Shown: positions 9,539 to 19,885 of the stretch, one piece after another | How the letters are laid out: every line of letters starts with the position of its first letter | Position numbering within the stretch: position 1 is the stretch's first letter | NCBI GenBank assembly: GCA_031431855.1 | Contig: JANPEG010000067.1 | Coordinates: 23,770 to 87,769 of the forward strand | DNA length: 64,000 bases | From: Akkermansiaceae bacterium | Lineage (GTDB): Bacteria > Verrucomicrobiota > Verrucomicrobiia > Verrucomicrobiales > Akkermansiaceae | Direction: 5' to 3' | The notes under the pieces: generated by a model | Told to the model about the DNA's origin: nothing | What the model saw: the letters and a program-made list of their open reading frames with translations, nothing else | Databases searched by the model: none | Translations under genes and position numbers: made by a program

Positions 9539-9540
9539 AG

Positions 9541-11181
9541 TTACTGGTTGTCCTTGGCTTTTTGTATGCGTTTAAGAGTCAGGGGTTCGTTAGGAAACTT
9601 GGTGATGGCTTCTTGATAGGATTCGAGGGCTTTATCTGCTTTATTGATCGTAAGATAATAATCGCCTAGGTCGCTTGCCATGGGTGAGAGAATGAGTGGC
9701 GGATGCATGAGGGTGGAAGTTCGCTGGCGATCGGCCGCCGCACGGAACCAATTGAAGGCGGAGCCTCGGCCTTCCGCCGGACCGGCGAGGGTGATGTGGC
9801 CGCGCAGATTGGCGGTGAGCATTTCCAAATGCAACAATGCCTGTCGCCATTCCGAGAATTCGCCTTGGGTGGAAGCAATTGCTTTTTGCTTGGTCATAGC
9901 TTCGCCGTGAAAGCTTAGTGCGTTGAGGGTGTCGTCAGCAGCTTTCATATCTCCAGCGTTGATCAAGCGATGCGCTTGGAGCGCAATTCTCAAGCCATCT
10001 GTCCACCAGTGAGAAAGAGAATTTTTCCGAAAAGCCTCGCCGTCCTGAGGTTTGGTGAGTGTTAAAAGAGCTTCGGTAGGATCGGTTTTTTCTCCGCGAT
10101 AAAGAAGGATACGAGCGGGTAAGGTTTGTGCGTCCCAGAGAATTTGGCGGCTTCCTGGGGCGGTGGGGCGTTTGATATCTATGGGAATTTTGGATATTTC
10201 AGTGGCGGAATCTATGGCGTCTTTGAAATTTCCGGCCGAGGCGGTCGCAACAGCGTGGTAGCTTTTTGTTATAATCCACTGTGGGCAATCTGCATTAGAT
10301 ATTTTGTTAGATTTCATCCACTCGGCATAATATTTTTCAGCCAGAGAGAAACTAGCTGCGGCGTCTGCGAATTCTCCGCTGCGCCATTGGTAGTGGCCGA
10401 GCAGATGGAGATAAGGGGGGTAAATAGGAGCGAGCTCGCAGAGTTTTTTTGCAAGTGCGACAGAGGATTTGAGATCCGGAGCCTCGGCTTTGATCAAGAG
10501 GTAGGCATGAAGCGGGAGAATATTGGTGGGCTGGCGTTCAATGAGTTTTAGTAAACTTTTTTCCGCTTCAGCTTGGGAGGCCGTAATTTCGCCTATCATA
10601 TCGTATCCGCCGCGACTGAATAAAAGGGTGAAAATTTCTGATTGGACATCATTGGGGAATTTTTCCGAGACCTTGCGAAAGGCGAGTTCTGCGCCTTTCG
10701 CGCCTTCATCGATGTATTTGATCAGGCAGTAAGCGAAGCCGCGTTCTAGTTCAGTGCCTTCGCCATCAACTACGAGTTCCAGCAAACGTTGGGTGGTTGC
10801 GAGCCTGTAGGAATCGGTTTCTGGAGAAGTGGCGAGCATGCTCATGATCATGCCCCAATGTGCCATTAAGCAACGTGGATCGGACTGGATGGCGACGGCG
10901 AAATGGCGTATTGCCTCGAAATCCCAACCCGCATGAAGGTGATTTAATCCCTGTAGGGTATAGATTTGTGCGGTATCGTTATTTGCCATGATGGCGACTG
11001 ATAATCCGTTATAAAACGGGAATAAGCTGGGTTTTTCAGCGGCAGAAACCCACGGCGGGATGCAAGCGGCGACACTTGGGATTTCAACCTTAGTAGGCTT
11101 TTGCTCAATGGGCTCTTGCGAGAACGCTGGGAGTTGTAACGCGAGCAAGCTCAGTAACGTGATCCATTTAGGCATGCGCAT
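9541..11181 (-). CDS. Exported TPR-like alpha-helical protein
   Basis: Signal peptide; segment AIRHFAVAIQSDPRCLMAHWG resembles TPR proteins. Confidence 0.7.
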   Translation of the reverse strand: MRMPKWITLLSLLALQLPAFSQEPIEQKPTKVEIPSVAACIPPWVSAAEKPSLFPFYNGLSVAIMANNDTAQIYTLQGLNHLHAGWDFEAIRHFAVAIQSDPRCLMAHWGMIMSMLATSPETDSYRLATTQRLLELVVDGEGTELERGFAYCLIKYIDEGAKGAELAFRKVSEKFPNDVQSEIFTLLFSRGGYDMIGEITASQAEAEKSLLKLIERQPTNILPLHAYLLIKAEAPDLKSSVALAKKLCELAPIYPPYLHLLGHYQWRSGEFADAAASFSLAEKYYAEWMKSNKISNADCPQWIITKSYHAVATASAGNFKDAIDSATEISKIPIDIKRPTAPGSRQILWDAQTLPARILLYRGEKTDPTEALLTLTKPQDGEAFRKNSLSHWWTDGLRIALQAHRLINAGDMKAADDTLNALSFHGEAMTKQKAIASTQGEFSEWRQALLHLEMLTANLRGHITLAGPAEGRGSAFNWFRAAADRQRTSTLMHPPLILSPMASDLGDYYLTINKADKALESYQEAITKFPNEPLTLKRIQKAKDNQ

Positions 11182-11258
11182 AAGGTGGGCTAGGATTTGA
11201 AATTTCCCAAGGAAAATGACGCTCGCCTAGTGACGGAATATCTTTTAAGTGTCGCGGT

Positions 11259-12062
11259 ATGAAGTTGGGAGTAATCGGATGTGGCAAGATGGCAACGGCC
11301 TTAGTGAAAGGTGCGGTGTCTCAAGGTGTGGTGAGTGCAGTGGATGTTATAGGTGTGGCGCGCACTGAGGCATCGCGGCTACGTTTTACGGAACAGACCG
11401 GTGCGAGAAATACCGCGTCGATGGCAGAGGTGGTAAAGGAATCTGAAGTTTTACTCCTCGCTACCAAGCCGCATGATTTACCCAAGATTATCGAATTGGC
11501 CGAGTTGAGAAATTTTCCCGATAAACTTTTCATATCCGTTGCGGCGGGAGTGACTTTGGATACCATGGAAAAGCTGACCGGCGGGGTGGGTCGATTCATT
11601 AGAACGATGCCCAACACCCCTTCGTTAGTCGGGAAGGGTGCGGCGGCATTTTCGTTGGGATCGAAGTGTGCGGAGGGGGATCGTGATATCGTGCAGTCGA
11701 TTTTAGGTGCCGTCGGCATGTCCGTGGAGGTGCCTGAAAGATTGATCGATGCGGTTACCGGGCTTTCAGGAAGTGGTCCGGCGTATATTTATCTGGTTAT
11801 TGAGGCGATGGCAGACGGCGGAGTTCAAGCGGGCCTGCCGCGCGCAGATGCGCTGAAATTAGCTGCCCAGACCGTGGCGGGTGCGGCGGCGATGGTTTTG
11901 GAGACGGGGCTACATCCCGCGGTGCTTAAAGACATGGTGACATCGCCCGGAGGAACGACCATTGCAGGGCTTGCGGCGCTGGAAGATGGGGCGATTCGCT
12001 CATCTTTTATAGCTGCTATCAGTGCGGCAGTGGCCCGTGCGAAAGAACTTGGGAAAAATTAA
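11259..12062 (+). CDS. proC: Pyrroline-5-carboxylate reductase
   Basis: IGCGKMA, RTMPNTP, GLSGSGPAY and VTSPGGTT motifs. Confidence 0.96.
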   Translation: MKLGVIGCGKMATALVKGAVSQGVVSAVDVIGVARTEASRLRFTEQTGARNTASMAEVVKESEVLLLATKPHDLPKIIELAELRNFPDKLFISVAAGVTLDTMEKLTGGVGRFIRTMPNTPSLVGKGAAAFSLGSKCAEGDRDIVQSILGAVGMSVEVPERLIDAVTGLSGSGPAYIYLVIEAMADGGVQAGLPRADALKLAAQTVAGAAAMVLETGLHPAVLKDMVTSPGGTTIAGLAALEDGAIRSSFIAAISAAVARAKELGKN

Positions 12063-12122
12063 GTTTTTTCTCTCCTGCAATTTCCGCTTCCACGACCTGC
12101 TAAAGCTTCTATGGTTCGATTC

Positions 12123-13058
12123 ATGACAAAACGTTTTTCGATAGTCGGCTTGATCGCCATCAGTTCCCTGTTTGTGGTTTCCTGTGGAAATAACGATACT
12201 ACAATTGGCTTAGCTGGTACCATGCGCGGAGGATCAGGAGAAGGAGAAGCGCTTTATCAAAAAGCAAAATCTTTGGACGATGCAGGAAAGCCAGAGAAGG
12301 CAGTGAAGTTATATAAAGAAGTTGCCGATGATTACGCAATGGCTCCTTCGGCAGGGCAGGCGAGATTCCGCCAAGCTGAGATTTTAGATCAACAAGGAGA
12401 GACCCTGGATTCCTTTAAAGCCTATCAACAATTTTTACAACGTTACCAGAGTAGCAATTTGTATTCGAAGGCACTCAATAGCCAAGTTCGGATGGCACAG
12501 GCTGCGGCGGATGGAAAGGTGAAGTCTTCTTTCCTTGGTTTGAAATCTAAAATCTCGACCAAGCAAATTGTTGAGATGTTGGGTCAACTCCGTGATAACG
12601 CACCACGCTCGGAGATTTCTGCGAACGCGCAGTTTAAAATTGGTGAGCTTTATCAGAGTGAGAAAGATTATAAAGAGTCCATCGAGGCATATCGTAAGTT
12701 AGTCCGTGATCAACCTGAGACTAAACAAGCAGCCGAAGCGCTTTTCTGCGTTGGTATTGTCTTTTTGGCACAAGCAGACGCCGGTAATTACAACCAAGCT
12801 ACTCTCAGTTTAGCTAATGAGGCGTTAAATGATTATTTACTTCAATATCCAAGTCATTCGAAAAATGCTGAAGCTAGAAAATTATTACAAAACTTGAAAG
12901 GACGTGATCTAGATAGCTCGCTAGAGATCGCGAAGTTCTATGATCGTACCGGACAGGTTGAATCTGCTAAGGTTTACTATCGGGAAATTGTGAAAGGCTC
13001 TAAATCTGGAAGCGCTCATGATTATGCGATCAAACGATTAAAAGAACTCGGTGAATAA
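12123..13058 (+). CDS. bamD: BamD-like TPR lipoprotein
   Basis: Lipobox VVSC, TPR helices, directly upstream of lptE. Alternative start at 12111. Confidence 0.7.
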   Translation: MTKRFSIVGLIAISSLFVVSCGNNDTTIGLAGTMRGGSGEGEALYQKAKSLDDAGKPEKAVKLYKEVADDYAMAPSAGQARFRQAEILDQQGETLDSFKAYQQFLQRYQSSNLYSKALNSQVRMAQAAADGKVKSSFLGLKSKISTKQIVEMLGQLRDNAPRSEISANAQFKIGELYQSEKDYKESIEAYRKLVRDQPETKQAAEALFCVGIVFLAQADAGNYNQATLSLANEALNDYLLQYPSHSKNAEARKLLQNLKGRDLDSSLEIAKFYDRTGQVESAKVYYREIVKGSKSGSAHDYAIKRLKELGE

Positions 13059-13076
13059 GCTGTGATTATTAAATCT

Positions 13077-13583
13077 ATGAAATTTCAATTATTGGTATTG
13101 CTGAGTGCTGCATTGAGTTCTTGTGCCGGTTATCAGCTTGGCGGTTCAAAACCTCCTTCGCTTGCTTCCGTACAGCGCATTTCAGTTTCAATGTTAGAAA
13201 ATGGCACGTTACATCCACGAGCTGAGGCAATTGCAACTTCGGCAGTCACTGCGGCTTTGGTGCAAAATGGCACGTATTGTCTCTCTGAGTTAAATCGCGC
13301 TGATGCGGTTCTTGAAGGAGAGATTGTATCGATTGATTACAGTGCGCTCAGGGGATCTAGGATTGATGCATTAGCTGCAGAAGAGCTGACCAATACAGTC
13401 CAAATCAGGTGGCGCTTAAAAGACGCACGCGATCCGACAAAGCTCTTGGCAAGCGGCACTAGCACGGGGCAAAGTTCATTTTTCGTGGATTCAAATTTAC
13501 AAACCGCACGGCAAAACGCCTTGCCAGATGCGTTTGAGCGTGCGGCACAGAATTTAATTTTACGCATTTCATCTGGCTATTAG
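13077..13583 (+). CDS. lptE: LPS assembly lipoprotein LptE
   Basis: Lipobox LSSC followed by AGYQLG; LptE-type pattern ADAVLEGEI. Confidence 0.8.
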   Translation: MKFQLLVLLSAALSSCAGYQLGGSKPPSLASVQRISVSMLENGTLHPRAEAIATSAVTAALVQNGTYCLSELNRADAVLEGEIVSIDYSALRGSRIDALAAEELTNTVQIRWRLKDARDPTKLLASGTSTGQSSFFVDSNLQTARQNALPDAFERAAQNLILRISSGY

Positions 13584-13657
13584 AGATCTTGGTTTGACTG
13601 CATCATGACTTGCGTAAATGGCTGCATGTTTCGATTTTATAATTGGATAAAAATAGC

Positions 13658-14917
13658 ATGAATCCTGATAAAGACGATCCAAATAACCATGTTCCGGCTG
13701 TGGCTCCTGATGATGATTGGGATGGTCTTGATGTAGAGCAGGTTTTTGATGCGCAGTTGCCACCGCGTCGGGTGGAAGCAACAAGATTACCAAAGATTGA
13801 TTTAAATCATAAGGAGGTCAGCTTGGTCGAGCCTGTACGTTTTACAAGTGATGTAGTTCCGAGGCTTTCGGAATCACATCTCAAAACCTATGTCCCTATT
13901 CACTTGAAAATGAATTCTGTGCGGGAGGAAGGCGAGAAAGAAGATTTCCTGCCAGCCTTGGTAATGGAGGATATGAAGCAGGGAGATTTTTCACCACGAG
14001 GCATTCAGAAACCGATTTTGCAAAGTCGATCTCAAGATGGAGAGCGAAATGACTGGGGAGTCGCTCAAAAAAAAGAATCATCGCGCTGGATGCTATACAC
14101 AGCATTGGGAGTGATCCTGCTGATCGTCACAACGGTATCAATTAATTATTTAAATTGGGATAAATATATCAGAAATATTGATAAAAATGGATCGAATCGG
14201 TCTGCTCGTAATAATAAAGAGAAAGAGTCAAATATAGATCAGGATCTTCTAGGGCGGCTTACGAGTAGTGACAAAGAAGCGATTCAAATTTACGGCAAGT
14301 ATGCGCAAGCGAAAAGCTTGGATGATTTTACCGGGTCGATTTATTTGAGTAAAAGTAATACGCAGTTTGTAGCGAAGGTATGGGCGCCGATCGGCGCGGA
14401 TAGCGACTGGGTTCCGTCGGATACATCAGCGTGGAAAACTCATCAAAATGGATCACAACTCTTTGCAGAGCTCAAAGGAGTGAATCACAATTTTTCCAAA
14501 TTCATCGCGGTATTTCGCTATGAGAACACACAGCTTAAAATGGATTGGAAAGCAACTACAGGATACGGAAGCGCTAGTTTTACAGAGTTGAAATCAGGAA
14601 CTGGAGATGGCAGTGAAATTCGCGGATGGATCGAATCTTCAAGCTTTTTCACACAAGAATTACCGGAGGAACGATACCATTCATTTGTGATTAGATCTGC
14701 AGATAAAAGAGATTCAGTGTGGGGATACTCTGAGATTGGGAGTGATGCCGATACGGATCTCATGAAGTTATTTGCGAAGAGCTCAATTACCGGGGAGAGT
14801 ATAATTGAGGCGAAAGTTATTTTAAATATGGTAAGTGGTGGTCGTGGAATGCTACCACAGCAATGGATAATCAAAAGTTTAATTGCCGAAAACTGGCTCG
14901 ATCAAGCGACACCATGA
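13658..14917 (+). CDS. Hypothetical bitopic membrane protein (paralog A)
   Basis: Long ORF with an acidic N-terminus and one TM segment (WMLYTALGVILLIVTTVSI). Confidence 0.75.
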   Translation: MNPDKDDPNNHVPAVAPDDDWDGLDVEQVFDAQLPPRRVEATRLPKIDLNHKEVSLVEPVRFTSDVVPRLSESHLKTYVPIHLKMNSVREEGEKEDFLPALVMEDMKQGDFSPRGIQKPILQSRSQDGERNDWGVAQKKESSRWMLYTALGVILLIVTTVSINYLNWDKYIRNIDKNGSNRSARNNKEKESNIDQDLLGRLTSSDKEAIQIYGKYAQAKSLDDFTGSIYLSKSNTQFVAKVWAPIGADSDWVPSDTSAWKTHQNGSQLFAELKGVNHNFSKFIAVFRYENTQLKMDWKATTGYGSASFTELKSGTGDGSEIRGWIESSSFFTQELPEERYHSFVIRSADKRDSVWGYSEIGSDADTDLMKLFAKSSITGESIIEAKVILNMVSGGRGMLPQQWIIKSLIAENWLDQATP

Positions 14918-16035
14918 ATACAAACCCTAAAGATGCATGGTATCATTGTGGTCATTGCGGTTCGTTATTTCAATCCGACTATGGTTTTGATGAGGATCGC
15001 CTCTGCGAGATCTGTCATCGCAAGCCAGGTGTTGGAATGTGGCCGGTGGTCAATTTGGTCGACTCTACAGCATCGGCTAAAGTTGCCAGCTTTCAAAAGA
15101 CGGGAGATGGGGTGCGAGTGTTAGCAAAAACACCTTCTACCAGAGATCGTCGCTACAGAAAGTTTTTATTTTTCGCTCTTATTTGGATGTTTATATTAAC
15201 GGTTGCTGTTGGATTGAGATATTATCTAACAAAAACTTCAGATAAGCCTAGAATACTAAGTATTTCAGATCTTGGAAAAAACATTACTGAAACTGACAAA
15301 GAGAAAATTTTGAATCAGGTTTTACCAGAATGTGATCGGATCATTCGTGGATTTCTTTCGGCTGAAACAATTGAAAAGCGTATTGAATTCATTGGTAGAT
15401 CTGCGGATCTAAAAGCCGTGGTGGAGGCGCATGATAAAGATCTTTCGTTGAGTCAACTCGATGCGAGTTCTCTGGAAAGAACAGGGCAGGAGTGGATACG
15501 TCTGGGTGATGAATGGATGGTTCTAACGCAATGGAAAGATGCGGAAGGAGAGAATGTATTTGAAGCGGTTTTTCGCAAAGAACTGGATGGCTGGAAGTTG
15601 GATTTACCGCATTTTAGCCAATACAGCCAGACTTCCTGGATGCTGTTTCTAGCGGGCCAAGGGAAAGTAGATACTGCGGAATTTCGATTGCTCGCTAGGA
15701 AATATAAAGATTCTGAGAATCCAACAGGGAGGAGGCAATACATGGCGATCGTATTGATTGCGCCTGAGTGGGGGAAATCCAAACAAGCAGTTTTAGATTC
15801 GCCCATTTTTTCAATCGATTTAATGAGTCATGAAGGGCAGTTATTGACTGCTGCGTTCGATCTCAGAGAAAAGAATCTGGCGGTAGGTGGTGGTAAACTG
15901 GCACCTCTGGAACCGGAGGGATTTGTGAGAGTGCGTGTAAAAGTCACACGCGTTGAGCTTGGTGGACAGTTTCGTCTGAACATCAATGAGCTAAAATCTT
16001 GTCATTGGATGGATTCGGATCTCTCGGGGTTATAA
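14914..16035 (+). CDS. Hypothetical bitopic membrane protein with N-terminal Zn ribbon (paralog B)
   Basis: ATGA overlap with the upstream gene; HCGHC-x13-CEIC; one TM segment. Confidence 0.75.
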   Translation: MNTNPKDAWYHCGHCGSLFQSDYGFDEDRLCEICHRKPGVGMWPVVNLVDSTASAKVASFQKTGDGVRVLAKTPSTRDRRYRKFLFFALIWMFILTVAVGLRYYLTKTSDKPRILSISDLGKNITETDKEKILNQVLPECDRIIRGFLSAETIEKRIEFIGRSADLKAVVEAHDKDLSLSQLDASSLERTGQEWIRLGDEWMVLTQWKDAEGENVFEAVFRKELDGWKLDLPHFSQYSQTSWMLFLAGQGKVDTAEFRLLARKYKDSENPTGRRQYMAIVLIAPEWGKSKQAVLDSPIFSIDLMSHEGQLLTAAFDLREKNLAVGGGKLAPLEPEGFVRVRVKVTRVELGGQFRLNINELKSCHWMDSDLSGL

Positions 16036-16194
16036 ATCTAAGATCGGATTTCGTAGACCTCGATTAAGCCCATGGTAGGGAATCAACCTATAGACCAAAT
16101 GGGATAAGTGCGTAGCTTCATAAGTCATACGTCAGCAAGAATCTCTTCTGCGTCGTATGGATTGGAACTCTAACTAAACACGAAAGATAATTTT

Positions 16195-16401
16195 ATGAAC
16201 AAGCTACAAATCAAAGGCAACTGGAACATCATGAAGGGCAAACTCACACAGAAATGGGCAGACCTTACAAACGACGATCTCCAATACGTAGAAGGTAAAG
16301 AGGAAGAATTGATCGGACGGATTCAGAAGCGCACCGGCGAAACCCGCGAAGCCGTTGAAAAAGTGTTGAAGGACCACGATTCCAAAGGTTGCTGCGATTA
16401 A
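16195..16401 (+). CDS. csbD: CsbD-family general stress protein
   Basis: IKGNWNIMKGKLTQKWADLTNDDL...GRIQKRTG signature. Confidence 0.9.
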   Translation: MNKLQIKGNWNIMKGKLTQKWADLTNDDLQYVEGKEEELIGRIQKRTGETREAVEKVLKDHDSKGCCD

Positions 16402-16447
16402 TAATCCCGCTGCTCACTATTCTAAAACCCTCAAATTTATCTATTTT

Positions 16448-17128
16448 ATGAAAAATAAATACGCATATCTCATCGCGGTTGCATCGATTCAATCTATTGT
16501 CGCACAAATCGTCGTTGAAGAAGCCGTCATTCCTGCACCACCCGTACAGGTCGTAACGGAGACCGTCATTGAGACTACTCCGCCACTCGTGAAAGATCCC
16601 GCTCAGGCGAGGCGCAACTTGTTGGTGGTGCCTCGTGACGTAGTTCCGATTGTCCCCAAACCCGGCAGTGTTGTGGAGACCACGGAAACGAAAAGTTTCG
16701 TGGACGTTCCAGGACAGCCACGCCGCGTTTATAACATAGAGCGCAACACGGTTATCGTAGAAGGCCGGGAGCTTCCTTATATCACCATTCCTGTTCTTTT
16801 TGAAAAAGAAACTGCAAAGTTGTTAGATGTGGAGTCACGTGTAGCGCTTGAGGAAACGGCTGCCGCCATCCTTGAGGTTCTTAAAACCCAACCTACAGCG
16901 GTGTTTGATGTCGAAGGTCACACCAGCACCGATGGATCCGATGAGTTTAATCTGACGTTATCCGCCGATCGCGCTCGCAGAATTCATCAAGAACTCACCC
17001 AACGCTATTTGGTTCCAACTTCCGCATTGAGTGCACATGGCTATGGCGAGATGTACCCGATTTTTCCTAAGGGAACGGAAGAGCAAATGGTGCTAGATCG
17101 CCGCGTGCTTGTGGTTCGTAAGCTCTAA
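16448..17128 (+). CDS. OmpA-like C-terminal domain protein
   Basis: Signal peptide; VEGHTS..G...N..LS..RA, GYGE and DRRV motifs. Confidence 0.8.
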   Translation: MKNKYAYLIAVASIQSIVAQIVVEEAVIPAPPVQVVTETVIETTPPLVKDPAQARRNLLVVPRDVVPIVPKPGSVVETTETKSFVDVPGQPRRVYNIERNTVIVEGRELPYITIPVLFEKETAKLLDVESRVALEETAAAILEVLKTQPTAVFDVEGHTSTDGSDEFNLTLSADRARRIHQELTQRYLVPTSALSAHGYGEMYPIFPKGTEEQMVLDRRVLVVRKL

Positions 17129-17925
17129 TCTTTGCCTGCCGCCCAGACCACGGCGTCGGCGAGTAATTTAATGAAGACCGGATCGCTGAACGTTTCGTTG
17201 GTATGACCGTAGGTTGTGCCGACGATGCGTGTGCCATGGAAGTCGTTGACCCAGATAACCGGATATTCTTCTCCGGTTTTTTCACTCTTTGAAGTGGCGA
17301 GCGCCCTGGTTTTCGGCCAGACCTTGGTGATGATATAAAGCTCATCCATCGGTGTGACCCAGTCGGTGGGAAAGTCCTTCATGATCGGGTGATCGGCCGC
17401 CATGACTTTCACTGGGTATTTGCTCTGATGCTCATGTTGCATACTGGTCACTCCGAGAAACTCACGCCAGTCATCGATCTGTGCTGAGCGGTAGGTGTGC
17501 ATCGCGCAATGCACCACCACAGCGGGGGTGCCGGCTTTATGGGCCTCGGTGATTTTACGGATATAAGCTTCGTCCTTGGTGTTGGCGAAGCATTCGTTGT
17601 GGATGACCACATCATAAGGTTTTGCCCAATTCGGATCATCATAAAGCGGGATCTGCGCGTCGGTGCCTTTACCTTCGTTGACCAAATTAATATCGACCTT
17701 CGCGTGTTTGGGAATCCCCGCCAGCATAGCGGCGGACTGGAATTCGTAATCGTGGCAGCAACCACCGGTGACGATCAGAACTTTGAGCGGCTCTTCGATT
17801 TTAGGCGATTCTTTTTCGGTTTTTACTTTTTTCTCTTCTGGCTCGCTGCAACCGCTCGCGACAAGCGCTACTACTCCAGCAAGAGCCATCAAGATGCCGT
17901 GTCTTTTTTTGTTCATGATTTTCAT
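17125..17925 (-). CDS. ThuA-domain lipoprotein
   Basis: Lipobox ASGC; VLIVTGGCCHDY, HCAMH, DELY and TTYGH motifs. Start uncertain (17916-17955). Confidence 0.8.
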   Translation of the reverse strand: MKIMNKKRHGILMALAGVVALVASGCSEPEEKKVKTEKESPKIEEPLKVLIVTGGCCHDYEFQSAAMLAGIPKHAKVDINLVNEGKGTDAQIPLYDDPNWAKPYDVVIHNECFANTKDEAYIRKITEAHKAGTPAVVVHCAMHTYRSAQIDDWREFLGVTSMQHEHQSKYPVKVMAADHPIMKDFPTDWVTPMDELYIITKVWPKTRALATSKSEKTGEEYPVIWVNDFHGTRIVGTTYGHTNETFSDPVFIKLLADAVVWAAGKD

Positions 17926-17989
17926 TGGTGCGAACTTAAGGAGAGGGATCTGCACGGCAAGGAAAATGGTTTTGCTGACAATTCAAACA

Positions 17990-18502
17990 CTAGGCTTTCT
18001 CATGCTTCTCGCGCAATGTTGCGGAACGTCCCAGTTTCAAAAGAAGTTTTTTAAGTATGGGAAGAAAGATGATATATAGGATAGGGATAAGAAAGATGGC
18101 ACTGATGGCCCATGCTTCGATGCCGTAGAGGGCGGCCATGCCGAAGTCTCGAAAGAACTTTGCTGGGTCGTCTTTGAACTGGCCGAGCATTTGGGGGATG
18201 GAGAATTTGATGAGGGGGACGCCGTTGAGCATTTGGCCGAGGCGGATGTAGACGAGGATGAGAATGAGTTGGAGGGGGTAGGTGAAGGTTTTGAATAGGT
18301 GGAGGATGGGTTGGTTGAGTCTAAACAAATGTCCGATGATAACGCACACGATTGAGGTACTGCCCATGATGGGAAAAATGCCGAGAGTGACGCCGAGGGA
18401 AACGCTCCAGGAAAGTTTTTCCGGAGAGGTGCCTTGCTTGAGCTGGTTCACGATGGGCCGAATGACCCAACGGTAGAAGCGACTGTCTTGGTTGAGGGTC
18501 AT
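17990..18502 (-). CDS. DUF2062-domain membrane protein
   Basis: SPEKLSWSVSLGVTLGIFP pattern; hydrophobic. Confidence 0.75.
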   Translation of the reverse strand: MTLNQDSRFYRWVIRPIVNQLKQGTSPEKLSWSVSLGVTLGIFPIMGSTSIVCVIIGHLFRLNQPILHLFKTFTYPLQLILILVYIRLGQMLNGVPLIKFSIPQMLGQFKDDPAKFFRDFGMAALYGIEAWAISAIFLIPILYIIFLPILKKLLLKLGRSATLREKHEKA

Positions 18503-18595
18503 GAATTGAAGATTTTAGAAACCAGAAACCAGAGACCAGAAGTTGGAGTTATTCTGCGCAGTTCGTCGTCTTGATTGAGGTTTAAAACTTAGAGT

Positions 18596-19885
18596 TTAAA
18601 GTTTCAAATTATTTGGCCGGGTGTAGACGGCTTGGACGACGGAGATGTTGCGGGTGGCGAAGCCGGCTTCGCAGTATTTGAGGTAGTAGTTCCAGGTGCG
18701 GATGAACGGGGTGTCGAAACCGAGGGGGCGGATTTGATCGAGTTTGGCGTTAAAGGTTTCGTGCCATGTGCTGAGGGTGCGGGCGTAGTCGAGTCCGAGG
18801 TCTTCTAGGTGGTAGAGGAAGAGGTTGCTGGTTTTGTTGATGACTTCGTTGACGCGTCCGACGGAAAGCAGAAGCGATCCGGGGAAGATGACTTTCTGGA
18901 TCCAATCGACTCCTTTTGTTAGGGATTCGTAACGGCAATCGGGAACGGTGATGTATTGCACGGCGAGTAAGCCCTGAGGTGCGAGGACTTCGTGGCATTT
19001 CGCGAAGAAGGATTCGTGGAATTTGTGGCCGACGGCTTCTAACATTTCGATGGAGGCGATCTTATCAAATTTGCCGGTGATGAGTCGGTAATCTTGGATG
19101 CGGATTTCAACGAGGTGAGAGAGACCGGCTTTCTCGATGCGGTCGCGGGCGTAAGCCGCTTGTGCTTCGGAGATGGTGACGGCGGTGACTTTGCAGCCGT
19201 ATTTTTCCGCAGCGTGATGGGAGAAGCCGCCCCAACCGCAGCCGATTTCGAGAACGTGATCGGTGGGTTTGAGTTGGAGCTTGCGGCAGAGCGCGTCGTA
19301 TTTTTCGGTCTGGGCTTGGGCGAGGGTTTGGGTTTTCGGTGTGAATTTTGCGGAGGAGTATGTCATCGTTTCATCGAGCCAGAGCGAGTAGAACTCGTTT
19401 CCGAGATCGTAATGCTCGGCGATGTTGCGGCGTGAGGTTTCGATGGTGTTGGAACGTTTGAGATGGCGGAACCAGTTGACGATTTTGAGGAAGTTGACGC
19501 CAGGGAGAGTGGAGGAATCGGTGTCATCGCCTTGGATGGAATTCATATTGAGCGCGAACCATGAAATGACAGCGGCGATGTCAGGGGTGTCCCAGATGCC
19601 ATCGGTGTATGCCTCGCCCATGCCGATGTTGCCGTAGAACATGCAGCGTTTAAAAAATTCTTCGGGATCGTTGAGAGTGATGTGGGCGGTTATGGGCGCG
19701 CCGGATTCGCCGAAGTGAAGGCTGTGGCCATCGGGGTAGGTGAGCGAGATTCCGCCTTGGGTGAATTTGCGGAAGAGGGAGAGGACGATGCGTTCGGGGA
19801 ATGAGGATGCTTGGAATGAGGAAGAGGGTTGGACCGCCAAGTCACTAAGTTCGCCAAGGTTTGACTGTGTATGGGATGAGCTCAT
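18596..19885 (-). CDS. cfa: Cfa-family SAM-dependent fatty-acyl methyltransferase/cyclopropane synthase
   Basis: IAEHYDLGNEFY, MTYS, LEIGCGWGG, SIEMLEAVG and WNYYLKYCEAGF motifs. Confidence 0.9.
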   Translation of the reverse strand: MSSSHTQSNLGELSDLAVQPSSSFQASSFPERIVLSLFRKFTQGGISLTYPDGHSLHFGESGAPITAHITLNDPEEFFKRCMFYGNIGMGEAYTDGIWDTPDIAAVISWFALNMNSIQGDDTDSSTLPGVNFLKIVNWFRHLKRSNTIETSRRNIAEHYDLGNEFYSLWLDETMTYSSAKFTPKTQTLAQAQTEKYDALCRKLQLKPTDHVLEIGCGWGGFSHHAAEKYGCKVTAVTISEAQAAYARDRIEKAGLSHLVEIRIQDYRLITGKFDKIASIEMLEAVGHKFHESFFAKCHEVLAPQGLLAVQYITVPDCRYESLTKGVDWIQKVIFPGSLLLSVGRVNEVINKTSNLFLYHLEDLGLDYARTLSTWHETFNAKLDQIRPLGFDTPFIRTWNYYLKYCEAGFATRNISVVQAVYTRPNNLKL

